From assembly GCA_965369805.1 (NCBI GenBank), contig CBDURG010000002.1:1-37100 (forward strand): a stretch of 37,100 bases of DNA, written 5' to 3'. The stretch's first letter is position 1. The number at the start of each line of letters is the position of its first letter. This document shows positions 27,466-35,514 of this stretch, in pieces. A program made the translations under genes and the position numbers. A model generated the notes under the pieces. The model was not told the origin of the DNA, made no database searches, and was given only the letters and a program-made list of their open reading frames with translations. Source of the stretch: an uncultured bacterium. GTDB taxonomy: Bacteria > Auribacterota > UBA6266.

Positions 27466-28791
27466 ATGAAAAAGCTATTGTTATTCTTCACAATACTGTC
27501 TTTAGTTTCACCCGCGCTTGTCCTTTCAGGAACTATAAAAACCACTAATGTTTCCGGAAATGTGTGTTACACCAGGCCTCCTGAAACTGCATGGCAAACG
27601 TTAAAACCGGAAATGACTCTCATAAAAGAGAGTTCCATCCGCGTTGAGACCCTGTCTCTTGCGGACCTTGAAATAGATAAAAACAATAAATTCAGAATAA
27701 TGGAAAACACTGAAATCAAAATTCAGGCTCTTGAAGACCCTGAAACTCTGGAAAGCGGTAAGGTTATCAAGCTTGTAAGCATAAAACTTTATAACGGTTC
27801 AATCGGGGCAAAACTGAATAAACTTCCGGAAGATGTTCGCGTAAATATTGAAGGCCCTTCGGCTGTTTCCGGGTCAATGGGAACAGGCTTCATTGTTTAT
27901 GCTGATAAAAAAATCCTTAATACTTGCGTTTCTGTAATCGACAGCAATGTAATGGTCTCAAGCTTTGATTCACCCGATAAAAGTATTGTAGTAACCCCTT
28001 TAAAGGAAGTAGCAGTAACCCCATGGAAATCAGCATCTCTGAGAGCGAAAGGAACCGGTGTTCTCTCCGAAGCTATACTCGGAAAATTAAAAATTGAAAA
28101 AATCAAAGGCGCAATACCTGTTTACACTGAGGGACCCGCGGACAATAAAGAAAATGCTAAAAACGCCGCTCTTTTTAACCTAAGCGAGAAAATTTATTCG
28201 GTAAAAATTTCCGATAAGAATACTATTTCAGATATAGTGTATTGTGACCCGGAGATAGCTTCGAAGCTTCTTGATGAAATTTCAAACGCAAAAATCACAG
28301 CTTATATAACTAATGAATCGGGAACGGTAACAGCTAAGGCAGAAATAACACTCGATGTCATAGAAAAAGCAGTCAATGAAAAAATAACTTCTGTCAGAAT
28401 ACCTGTTCAAAGAATAACACTCAAAGAATACGGAAGTAAATTCGGGCCGCTGGCCAGGGTTACAACAAGAAGAGCGGCTGTGATTGACAGTTACAGAAGG
28501 CTGGCGGAAAAAATCTACGGAACCGTAATAGACTCAAAGACTACTTTAAATGATTACGCGATAGAAAATGATATCGTAAAACAAAGTGTGGAAGGCATGG
28601 TGAAAGGAGCCCAGGTCGTAAAGGAAAAATATTATTCCGACGGTTCAATAATTGTCGAAGCCACGATCCCGGGAAATAGAATAGTATCCGAAATTTCATC
28701 AGTAAAACCCGATATAAACTTTGGGACAAATTACGTTTCTTCGCCTGAAAATATCACATTAAAATCATATTCATCTTTTAGGGGTATTTAA
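27466..28791 (+). CDS. exported FecR-like domain protein fused to LPP20/FlgP-like domain(s)
   Basis: Signal peptide; FecR-like region (VSGNV...W..L, IMENTEIKI, L..G.I, P.AVSGSMGTGF.V); C-terminal RRAAVIDSYRRLAEKIYG..IDS.TT..D......D.V...V.G.VKGA. Confidence 0.7.
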   Translation: MKKLLLFFTILSLVSPALVLSGTIKTTNVSGNVCYTRPPETAWQTLKPEMTLIKESSIRVETLSLADLEIDKNNKFRIMENTEIKIQALEDPETLESGKVIKLVSIKLYNGSIGAKLNKLPEDVRVNIEGPSAVSGSMGTGFIVYADKKILNTCVSVIDSNVMVSSFDSPDKSIVVTPLKEVAVTPWKSASLRAKGTGVLSEAILGKLKIEKIKGAIPVYTEGPADNKENAKNAALFNLSEKIYSVKISDKNTISDIVYCDPEIASKLLDEISNAKITAYITNESGTVTAKAEITLDVIEKAVNEKITSVRIPVQRITLKEYGSKFGPLARVTTRRAAVIDSYRRLAEKIYGTVIDSKTTLNDYAIENDIVKQSVEGMVKGAQVVKEKYYSDGSIIVEATIPGNRIVSEISSVKPDINFGTNYVSSPENITLKSYSSFRGI

Positions 28792-29510
28792 TGTTCGTTT
28801 TTCTAAGACTTGCACTTGCCCATTTCCTTGCTGACTTTCCGTTTCAGACTTCAGAAATTTATAATCTGAAAAGAAGAAGGTTGCGGGGCCGGATCTTTCA
28901 CGGAACAATTGTAGCAATAATGTCTTTTGTTCTTCTACTGCCTTTCTATAAAAACATATGGGTATGGGGAATCTGCCTCTTTATAGGGATAACACATTCT
29001 TTGATCGACTGGGCAAAACTGGTGTACACGGATAAGAAACAGAATGCGAACCATTTTCTGGGTTTTATAATTGACCAATCAGCTCACCTTACAATAATTT
29101 CTATTATCTTTTTAACACCTTTAAAAAACATTGTTTCAGCAAATATGCCAAATCTAACGATCAATACTATTTACAATAATAACATTTATATAATTCACGC
29201 AATTTGTTATATCGCCGTCACTTTTGGTTTTATATATTTTATCGATACTTTCAGGATGACCTATTTAAAAAGCATTTACAAACCATTGGACACAAAAGAA
29301 AAGGCCATTGGAATTATAGCAAGAGGAATCATCCTTACGCTGGTTGTCCTCCCTGGGGATTTTTACCTGGCAATTGTCCCGGTTATATTAGCTGAAACAT
29401 ATTTGCTAAAATCAGCTGATTTAAAATCAAGGTTTGCTAATTTTATTATCGGAACAATCCCCGTTATTATCATAGGATTACTGCTAAGGGGCCTAGGGGC
29501 AAGGGGATAA
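28791..29510 (+). CDS. DUF3307-family membrane protein
   Basis: LAHFLADFPFQ, H..I, THSLID..K, F..DQ.AH; overlaps the upstream stop (TAATG). Confidence 0.75.
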   Translation: MFVFLRLALAHFLADFPFQTSEIYNLKRRRLRGRIFHGTIVAIMSFVLLLPFYKNIWVWGICLFIGITHSLIDWAKLVYTDKKQNANHFLGFIIDQSAHLTIISIIFLTPLKNIVSANMPNLTINTIYNNNIYIIHAICYIAVTFGFIYFIDTFRMTYLKSIYKPLDTKEKAIGIIARGIILTLVVLPGDFYLAIVPVILAETYLLKSADLKSRFANFIIGTIPVIIIGLLLRGLGARG

Positions 29511-29577
29511 GGCGCGGGGTAAAAATTTTATATTCCCTAGAACCTGCAACTAATTACTATTTACCAGATACGGCTGA

Positions 29578-30471
29578 CTAACTCTGTCTTACCAGGTATC
29601 CTCTTTCAAATTCTCCGCCCGCGATAATTTTAGCTTTGGAAAATTTTTCCTCAACAGCATACACCTGAACTCTTCCAGTCTTTTCCGATTCGCATCCCAA
29701 ACTGATACCTGTGTCAGGGTCAATCAAATCTTCCCCAACCGAATATATGGCAAACTCATCTCCAACCTGAACGCCTGAGTCCGCGCCACAGTTTAAATAA
29801 ACATCCTCTCCTTTTACAGTAACAACCTTTCCCTGCCAGGAAACATTTTCAAGCTCAGCGCAAATCCATGCTATTGCCACATCAATAGCAGCCTGTGTCG
29901 CTTTGCCAAGAGGCGCTTTTTTAAAATTGGAGGTTCCAATTCCCCAGCCTGAACGCGCATAACCTATACTCATGCCGGAGGACTTGGCCTTTCCTTCAAC
30001 CCTTTTTGATGCAAGAACCTGGCCGGTGGCCACATCATAAAGCCTCACATTAACCGCAACATGCGCAAAAGAACCCGAGCCTCCAAGGGAAAACCCTTTT
30101 ATTGTGATGCCGGCACCGCCCCCTGAACTTCTTTCAGAAAATTCTGTTACCGCTCCGCTCACAAGTACCTGGGCATTCAACAGTTTCCCAAGTTCTGGAG
30201 CACCAACTTTGGTTGTCCTTCCACTTGCAGAAAAATCCTGTTCCTGAAGGATACCCTGAATATTCTGCCTTTCCACGACAATAAAACTGCCCGAATTGGT
30301 AAGGGAAGTGGTAACCATTTCTGCCATACCGCTGCCAAGATTCCATTCGGAACTGAACCCCGCTTTATTTTCAAAATCAGAAACTGCTATGGTTTTCTTT
30401 ATGCCGGCACCGGCATAAGAAACCAAAAGAACAAAAACCAAAACAAAGATGCATGATAAAAACCTTTTCAT
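29578..30471 (-). CDS. CsgG/HfaB-family protein with FlgT-like C-terminal domain (paralog 2)
   Basis: IAVSDFENK, F.VVER..I..IL.EQ, GAVTEF, V.VRLYDV.TG.V; C-terminal VYLN.G...GV..GD.F......LIDP.TG..LG. Confidence 0.8.
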   Translation of the reverse strand: MKRFLSCIFVLVFVLLVSYAGAGIKKTIAVSDFENKAGFSSEWNLGSGMAEMVTTSLTNSGSFIVVERQNIQGILQEQDFSASGRTTKVGAPELGKLLNAQVLVSGAVTEFSERSSGGGAGITIKGFSLGGSGSFAHVAVNVRLYDVATGQVLASKRVEGKAKSSGMSIGYARSGWGIGTSNFKKAPLGKATQAAIDVAIAWICAELENVSWQGKVVTVKGEDVYLNCGADSGVQVGDEFAIYSVGEDLIDPDTGISLGCESEKTGRVQVYAVEEKFSKAKIIAGGEFERGYLVRQS

Positions 30472-30534
30472 AAAAACCCCCCGCTGTAATTATAGTAGTT
30501 TGTTTGCCTTAATTTGTAATTATAGCCCATCCTT

Positions 30535-31590
30535 CTATTGAATTATTACTTCTTCAAGCACTGGCGGCGGAGGTGGCAGAAATTTAATTATATCTCCCCT
30601 CTCAAATTTTCCGCCCGAAACAGAATCCGCAAGCGAAAACTTATCCTTAACTTCAAAAACCTTAACCAATCCTATTTTTTTTGTCTCAAAACCAAGAGAC
30701 ACTCCTGAATCAGGATCAATAAGCTCCTCGCCCTTTCTGTAAACCTCAAATTCATCACCGGCTTTAACATTGGAACTCGCGCCGCAATTAAGATATATTT
30801 TACCGCCTTTGATAGTAACAACAGTACCTTGCCATGAAACCTTCTGCATCTCCAAGCAGATATAATAAACAGCTTTATCAATCGCTTGTTGAGTTACCTT
30901 ACCAAGAGGAGACGCTTTAAAGTTATCAAAATCAATGCCCCAATCACCTTCAGAATAACCAACGCTAAGGCCTGAAACATTCCCCTTGCCTTCAACACGC
31001 TTAGAAGCAATTACTTCACCGGTAGTAGTATCATACATCCTTATATTAAGGGCCACATGAGCAGTGGCTGATTTTACCCCCAGAGAAATCCCTTTATATT
31101 GAAAAAGACTTCCAGAATCAAAAAAACGCTGTGAAAATTCTGTTATGGCTCCGCTTACAAGAATCTGGGTATTTAAAAGGCGCCCTATCTCAGGTGCTCC
31201 GACATTAATTGTCCTGCCGCTTACAGAAAAATCCTGTTCCTGAATAATAGCCTGGATATTCTGGCGTTCAACAACAATAAATCTGTTCGTGTTCACCAGA
31301 GTAGTGGTAAGCATCTCTGCCATACCGTTTCCGAGATTCCACTGCGCTTGAGCCCCTGCCTTATTCTCAAAATCGGCAACCGCTACAGTCTTTCTCGGCC
31401 CAACAATAGGAGGAAGCACTATCTGCTGGCTAACTTTCTTTTTCTTCTTTTCCCGGGCCGGCCTTTCTTTTCGCTCAGAAGATGACGTTCTTCTTCTCGC
31501 GGCAGCGGCAGCGGCACCATCAAGGCCGATAACAGCAACAATCAAAAAAGACATCCCCACTATAAAAAACCATCTTTTCATAAACAGCAT
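30535..31590 (-). CDS. CsgG/HfaB-family protein with FlgT-like C-terminal domain (paralog 1)
   Basis: Same motifs as 29578-30471, plus a basic N-terminal extension and a poly-Pro C-terminal tail; start placed at MLFMKRW behind an AGGGG RBS. Confidence 0.8.
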   Translation of the reverse strand: MLFMKRWFFIVGMSFLIVAVIGLDGAAAAAARRRTSSSERKERPAREKKKKKVSQQIVLPPIVGPRKTVAVADFENKAGAQAQWNLGNGMAEMLTTTLVNTNRFIVVERQNIQAIIQEQDFSVSGRTINVGAPEIGRLLNTQILVSGAITEFSQRFFDSGSLFQYKGISLGVKSATAHVALNIRMYDTTTGEVIASKRVEGKGNVSGLSVGYSEGDWGIDFDNFKASPLGKVTQQAIDKAVYYICLEMQKVSWQGTVVTIKGGKIYLNCGASSNVKAGDEFEVYRKGEELIDPDSGVSLGFETKKIGLVKVFEVKDKFSLADSVSGGKFERGDIIKFLPPPPPVLEEVIIQ

Positions 31591-31670
31591 CTTAATACCC
31601 CTATAGGTTCTTAGCACACCACAAATTATATACAGATGAATACACCATTCAATATAAAAATGTTACAGTC

Positions 31671-32804
31671 TTATAAAAAATCTAAATCTATCCTGTTTTG
31701 AGTTTTTGCCTTAATTTTTACATCAACATCGGGAAGGGTATTTATTATCTCTTCAAAACCTTTATATAATGCCCCGTCAATTGTTACATCTATAATCACG
31801 ACATCCTTTGTAAAACTTCTTTCGTTTACGCTTCTTACGCCCCTGACCTGCTCAAGTGCCTTCTCAAAAGCAAGGCGGTTATCGGCGTCAGCATGAAAGC
31901 CAACAATCTGAATATCCATTGTATTGTAAACTTTGGTTCTCCAGTTTTCAACTATTTGGTCCATCATTTTCCCTGCCAGCTCCACACCTGCTTCCTTGGC
32001 TGCTTTGCGCGCCGAAGGGACTCTTCCTCCAGCCCTTGCCTGGGCACTGGTACCGTCTGAAACTATAACCTGGGCAGAATCAACATCAATAGCTTTTGCG
32101 GTAGCCTGCGCTTCATAGGCAAAGACACAAACGCCATAGGGCTGGCTGGAATCAACTAAATCGGAAGAGACCTGTCCAACCACAATAACCTCAGCTCCGA
32201 ACCTCCTGCCAAGAGCAACAGCTTCCGTAGGATTTTCATAGTAAACAGTAGCATCCCGTAATTTCACGGCTTCCATTTGAGCTTTATCTATCAGTTTAAA
32301 ATCGTTGTTTAAAAAACTCTTTTCTATTCCGGTTTGAACCGTTTGTCCGGGTTGTTCAAGGCCATCTACGGTCTCAGAAAAAACAATCATGATTCTGGGT
32401 TTGTTAAGCCTTTCCTTGACTATATTAAAAGCTTTAAGGTTCTTTCTTAGGGCACCCAGTAAAACAACAGCTTTAACCCTTGCTTGATAAACCCCTCCTT
32501 CACCATTATTATCATCTACAATTTCATAACTCTTCACATATCCTTTTACCTCTGAATAAACCTGGTCATCCAGCAGCTGAAAATTCTGGACCATAGTTTC
32601 AGAATCAATAAGGCTGCCCACCGCCTGTTCCACAGCATTCCTTAAAGCACGGTTAATCGCCTCATCTCTCGCACTGAGAACAGCATCCGGGCCAGCCCCC
32701 CTTACGGCAGCCATGCCCTTCGCCACTATAGTAGTCTCCATCTGAGCAAAAACGCAAGTTGTTACAAATATACAAACGAAAAATAATAATATTAACCGTT
32801 TCAT
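31671..32804 (-). CDS. exported FlgT N-terminal-domain-like protein (FlgT_N + TolB_N/CsgG-like middle domain + small C-terminal domain)
   Basis: Signal peptide; A.G.A...ARDEAI..ALRNAVEQAVG..IDSET.V.N; KPRIMI; GAEVIVVG. Confidence 0.7.
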   Translation of the reverse strand: MKRLILLFFVCIFVTTCVFAQMETTIVAKGMAAVRGAGPDAVLSARDEAINRALRNAVEQAVGSLIDSETMVQNFQLLDDQVYSEVKGYVKSYEIVDDNNGEGGVYQARVKAVVLLGALRKNLKAFNIVKERLNKPRIMIVFSETVDGLEQPGQTVQTGIEKSFLNNDFKLIDKAQMEAVKLRDATVYYENPTEAVALGRRFGAEVIVVGQVSSDLVDSSQPYGVCVFAYEAQATAKAIDVDSAQVIVSDGTSAQARAGGRVPSARKAAKEAGVELAGKMMDQIVENWRTKVYNTMDIQIVGFHADADNRLAFEKALEQVRGVRSVNERSFTKDVVIIDVTIDGALYKGFEEIINTLPDVDVKIKAKTQNRIDLDFL

Positions 32805-32815
32805 TTCAACCTCCC

Positions 32816-32941
32816 CTATTCGACAACAACTTCTCTTGTTTCAACCACGGTTCTTTCGGTAACAACATACTTTTCGGTACATCCCACAATTACAATTGAA
32901 ATAACAGAAAACAAAACTATCAAAATTACAGCCTTTTTCAT
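32816..32941 (-). CDS. small 41-aa lipoprotein (not in ORF track)
   Basis: MKKAVILIVLFSVISIVIVG|CTEKYVVTERTVVETREVVVE*; GAGGGG RBS and lipobox IVGC; fills the gap in the operon and its stop overlaps the next gene's RBS. Confidence 0.8.
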   Translation of the reverse strand: MKKAVILIVLFSVISIVIVGCTEKYVVTERTVVETREVVVE

Positions 32942-32997
32942 CGGGCCCCTCTCTTTCTAAACCAATTGTATTTACCATCCAAAAACGTCAATTTATT

Positions 32998-34302
32998 TTA
33001 TCTGATTTTGTTTATGGAATCCCATAAACCCCGCAAGAAAATTGAAGCTGTTACCTCAACGCTTCCATCCTCAAGAAAAACAGGCTCGCTTACCTCCGCA
33101 CCTGCCATAAAAGTTTTGACTTCCGCATTCACCTGGTCATTTTGAACAGCAAAATCCCTGACAGTTGTACTCGCGTTAATCTTTACTCCATAAATAATCT
33201 CAGCAAGATTTCTTCTTGCGTCTACCTCAGCCGCCCTGGCCGCATTAAGCTTTGCAATGGTCCCGATCTCACCTTCTCTCGGAACCCCAGAACCTTTGGC
33301 TGACACAGCCTGAGAAGCCCAGGAAGGCGCGGAAACAGCTTGGGAAGGAGCCTGAGACACAGGCCCCTTCTCTGTATATTTCTCCGGAGGAACACCGGAA
33401 CCAGTCGCTCTTATCACGCGAATATTCTGCTGAGTTACAACCTCTTCCCACCTTACTTTCTTCCATCTCACTTTTCTAAATCTATAGCCTCTTCTTTCAA
33501 AGCGTTTCCATATTTCATGAACTTCTTTTATTATATCCACTATAGTTACTTCAACATCACATTCAGCTATTCCGTCAGGCAAATATCTATACGGACCTGA
33601 CAAACGAATGCCTTTTATATATGTGTCCAGTGCCGCATTTATCTGATCATTCTCTGCCACAAAGTCTCTGACATAAGTACTCGAAGTGATTCTTACTCCC
33701 TTAACCTTTTCAGCGAGATTTCTGTACGCGTCAACCTTTGCAGCTCTTTCAGCCATCAACCTGCCGCGAGCTGTAACTCCTTCCCAGCCGGGTATCCCAT
33801 CAGTAAGCCTGGCAGGTTTAGTCCGCGAATTCTCAGAAGGATCAACGGTTCTGATCGTCCCCGAACCTTCAACCTCTATCACCTTATACTCCTTGTTGTA
33901 AGTCTCTATCTGCTGAATTTTTGTGTGCGTCCAGAAGAGAAACCTTGTTTTCTTATAGTATGTTTCAATAAATTTGACTACCTGTTCTATCGTAAGCCCG
34001 GCTCTTAAAGTGTAAACTTCACCATCCCATCTATCGCTCCCCGGAACAATGGCAGCACCTTTTATAAAATGATCAAACGATGCATTGATCTGGTCACTTT
34101 CCGCGACAAAATCCCTGACATAGGTATTAGCGTCTATTCTAAGCCCTTTCACTCTTTCAGCAAGATTTCTATAGGCATCAACCTTTGCCGCCCTTTCAGC
34201 CATAAGCTTCTGCTGCCCCTTGGATGCAGCACAAACCGGCATACAAACCAGAGGAATAATCAAACTCGCCATCAAAACCACTACTCCTAATTTCCTCAAC
34301 AT
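32998..34302 (-). CDS. exported protein with three LPP20/FlgP-like repeats
   Basis: Three copies of [LMAERAAKVDAYRNLAE.VKG.RI...TYVRDFVAE.DQINA....IKG]; signal peptide; start placed at MLRK behind a GGAGGA RBS. Confidence 0.8.
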   Translation of the reverse strand: MLRKLGVVVLMASLIIPLVCMPVCAASKGQQKLMAERAAKVDAYRNLAERVKGLRIDANTYVRDFVAESDQINASFDHFIKGAAIVPGSDRWDGEVYTLRAGLTIEQVVKFIETYYKKTRFLFWTHTKIQQIETYNKEYKVIEVEGSGTIRTVDPSENSRTKPARLTDGIPGWEGVTARGRLMAERAAKVDAYRNLAEKVKGVRITSSTYVRDFVAENDQINAALDTYIKGIRLSGPYRYLPDGIAECDVEVTIVDIIKEVHEIWKRFERRGYRFRKVRWKKVRWEEVVTQQNIRVIRATGSGVPPEKYTEKGPVSQAPSQAVSAPSWASQAVSAKGSGVPREGEIGTIAKLNAARAAEVDARRNLAEIIYGVKINASTTVRDFAVQNDQVNAEVKTFMAGAEVSEPVFLEDGSVEVTASIFLRGLWDSINKIR

Positions 34303-34375
34303 TTCATCCTCCTTCATTACCATAGGTTATCGATTGTGGGTTATAGGTTCCAGGGAATACAAATTTCCCTTGACC

Positions 34376-34873
34376 CTAATTAGGTTTCATTCCTAACCAT
34401 TCCTGTTCACTTACTACAAAAGCTTTTCTGTTAACTGAAATCAATTCATCATTATAAACCTTTATACCCTCTCTTTTGCAAACTCTTTTTTTACTAATTC
34501 CAGGCATTTCCAGAATAATCTGAACCATTCCGTCTTTGTAATATCTTGTTTCTACACATCTTGCGCCAATTATATATCCATTTGATTTTATGTTGCCCGA
34601 CTTTATAACCCTACCTGAAAAACCAGCAAGGGCCCGGGTAAGATTCCTATAAGCGTCAATGAGTGCCGCCCGGCGAGCCATAAGCTTCTTTTGAGATTTC
34701 CCATAATACGAAGATGCCGGAGGCTTCCCCGTACCAACAACTCTTATCTTCCCTCCCTCAACTATAACACAATTCAATGAGAATAATCTTTCATCTCCCA
34801 GGACATCTTCAGGGAAGAGGCAGGTGCCGCAAAAAGCGGCACCCAGAACTAATGTGATTATAAGCTTTTTCAT
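34376..34873 (-). CDS. exported protein with one LPP20/FlgP-like domain
   Basis: V.GTG.P...KLMARRAALIDAYRNL...GYIIGA...RY..DG.V.I matches the repeats of the downstream gene. Confidence 0.7.
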   Translation of the reverse strand: MKKLIITLVLGAAFCGTCLFPEDVLGDERLFSLNCVIVEGGKIRVVGTGKPPASSYYGKSQKKLMARRAALIDAYRNLTRALAGFSGRVIKSGNIKSNGYIIGARCVETRYYKDGMVQIILEMPGISKKRVCKREGIKVYNDELISVNRKAFVVSEQEWLGMKPN

Positions 34874-34877
34874 AAGA

Positions 34878-35231
34878 TTACCACCAACAATTGTTTTCTT
34901 CTACAACTACAACAGGGGCAGAATAGTTAGTAGCATATGTAGTTGTATACGTTGTGTATGAAGGGACATAATACGTGTTTGAAGAACGGTACCTTCTCGA
35001 TGAATAATGCCTTGGTGTTTGATAATAACGTCTTGAACGTCTTGGCGCGTAATATGAGGAACTATAATATGCTCTCTGCTGTGGAAGTAAATTCCCGCTT
35101 AAAAACTGATACGCTGTAACTCCTGCAAGTATTTTGCCTGCTGTTGCCCATTCTTTCTCTCCCGCTGAAGCAGTTGTAGTAACTCCTGTTGCCATTGATA
35201 CTGCAACCAACATTAAAATTAGCTTTTTCAT
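34878..35231 (-). CDS. secreted Tyr/Ser/Arg/Thr-rich low-complexity protein
   Basis: AGGAGG RBS, signal peptide ending ASA, GEKEWATAGKILAG helix, then a Tyr-rich tract and C-terminal PVVVVEENNCWW. Confidence 0.8.
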   Translation of the reverse strand: MKKLILMLVAVSMATGVTTTASAGEKEWATAGKILAGVTAYQFLSGNLLPQQRAYYSSSYYAPRRSRRYYQTPRHYSSRRYRSSNTYYVPSYTTYTTTYATNYSAPVVVVEENNCWW

Positions 35232-35261
35232 CTTGCACCTCCTTTTCCTGGTTTATAATAG

Positions 35262-35277
35262 AGCAAAAGCCATGCCA
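35262..35277 (-). promoter_or_regulatory. sigma54 (-24/-12) promoter
   Basis: Minus strand reads TGGCATGGCTTTTGCT, i.e. TGGCA...TTGC with exact GG-N10-GC spacing, 30 nt upstream of the 35231 ATG. Confidence 0.85.
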
Positions 35278-35388
35278 TTTAACCTTTCATATACTAAAAA
35301 AAGACCATATACCGTCGATTAAAAAAATAGAGAACTTTTTAAGTATCAAACAAAAGCCTCTTCATGTACTACAACAATAAAAACAATG

Positions 35389-35406
35389 GTTGCATTCTGG
35401 AGCAAC
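35389..35406. promoter_or_regulatory. candidate enhancer (UAS) GTTGC-N8-GCAAC
   Basis: Inverted repeat about 110-130 bp upstream of the -24 element, between the divergent genes. Confidence 0.45.
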
Positions 35407-35514
35407 GCCGGATAGAATATACGATATAATCCCTTATGAAATAGATAGTTATAGAATATTGCTTCAAAATGACACACATCACATAATGAAACATGTTGAA
35501 AAAGGAAATTGACG

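Noticed and set aside
27252-27545. N-terminal 98-aa extension of the cyclase ORF in the track
   Set aside because: It overlaps the divergent FecR-like gene head-to-head and has no domain-like content. MKKSK followed by a TM segment at 27251 is a more plausible start.
29486-29550. G-rich ~7-bp periodic run (AGGGGCC TAGGGGC AAGGGGA...) at the convergent gene junction, with similar weak periodicity at 34323-34355
   Set aside because: Too short and degenerate to call as a CRISPR, G-quadruplex or defined repeat. It may be a weak terminator-like structure.
29578-31590. Canonical curli (csg) or holdfast (hfa) operon
   Set aside because: No CsgA/B repeat proteins, CsgE/F or hfs genes. The CsgG-like proteins lack a lipobox and carry an extra FlgT_C-like domain.
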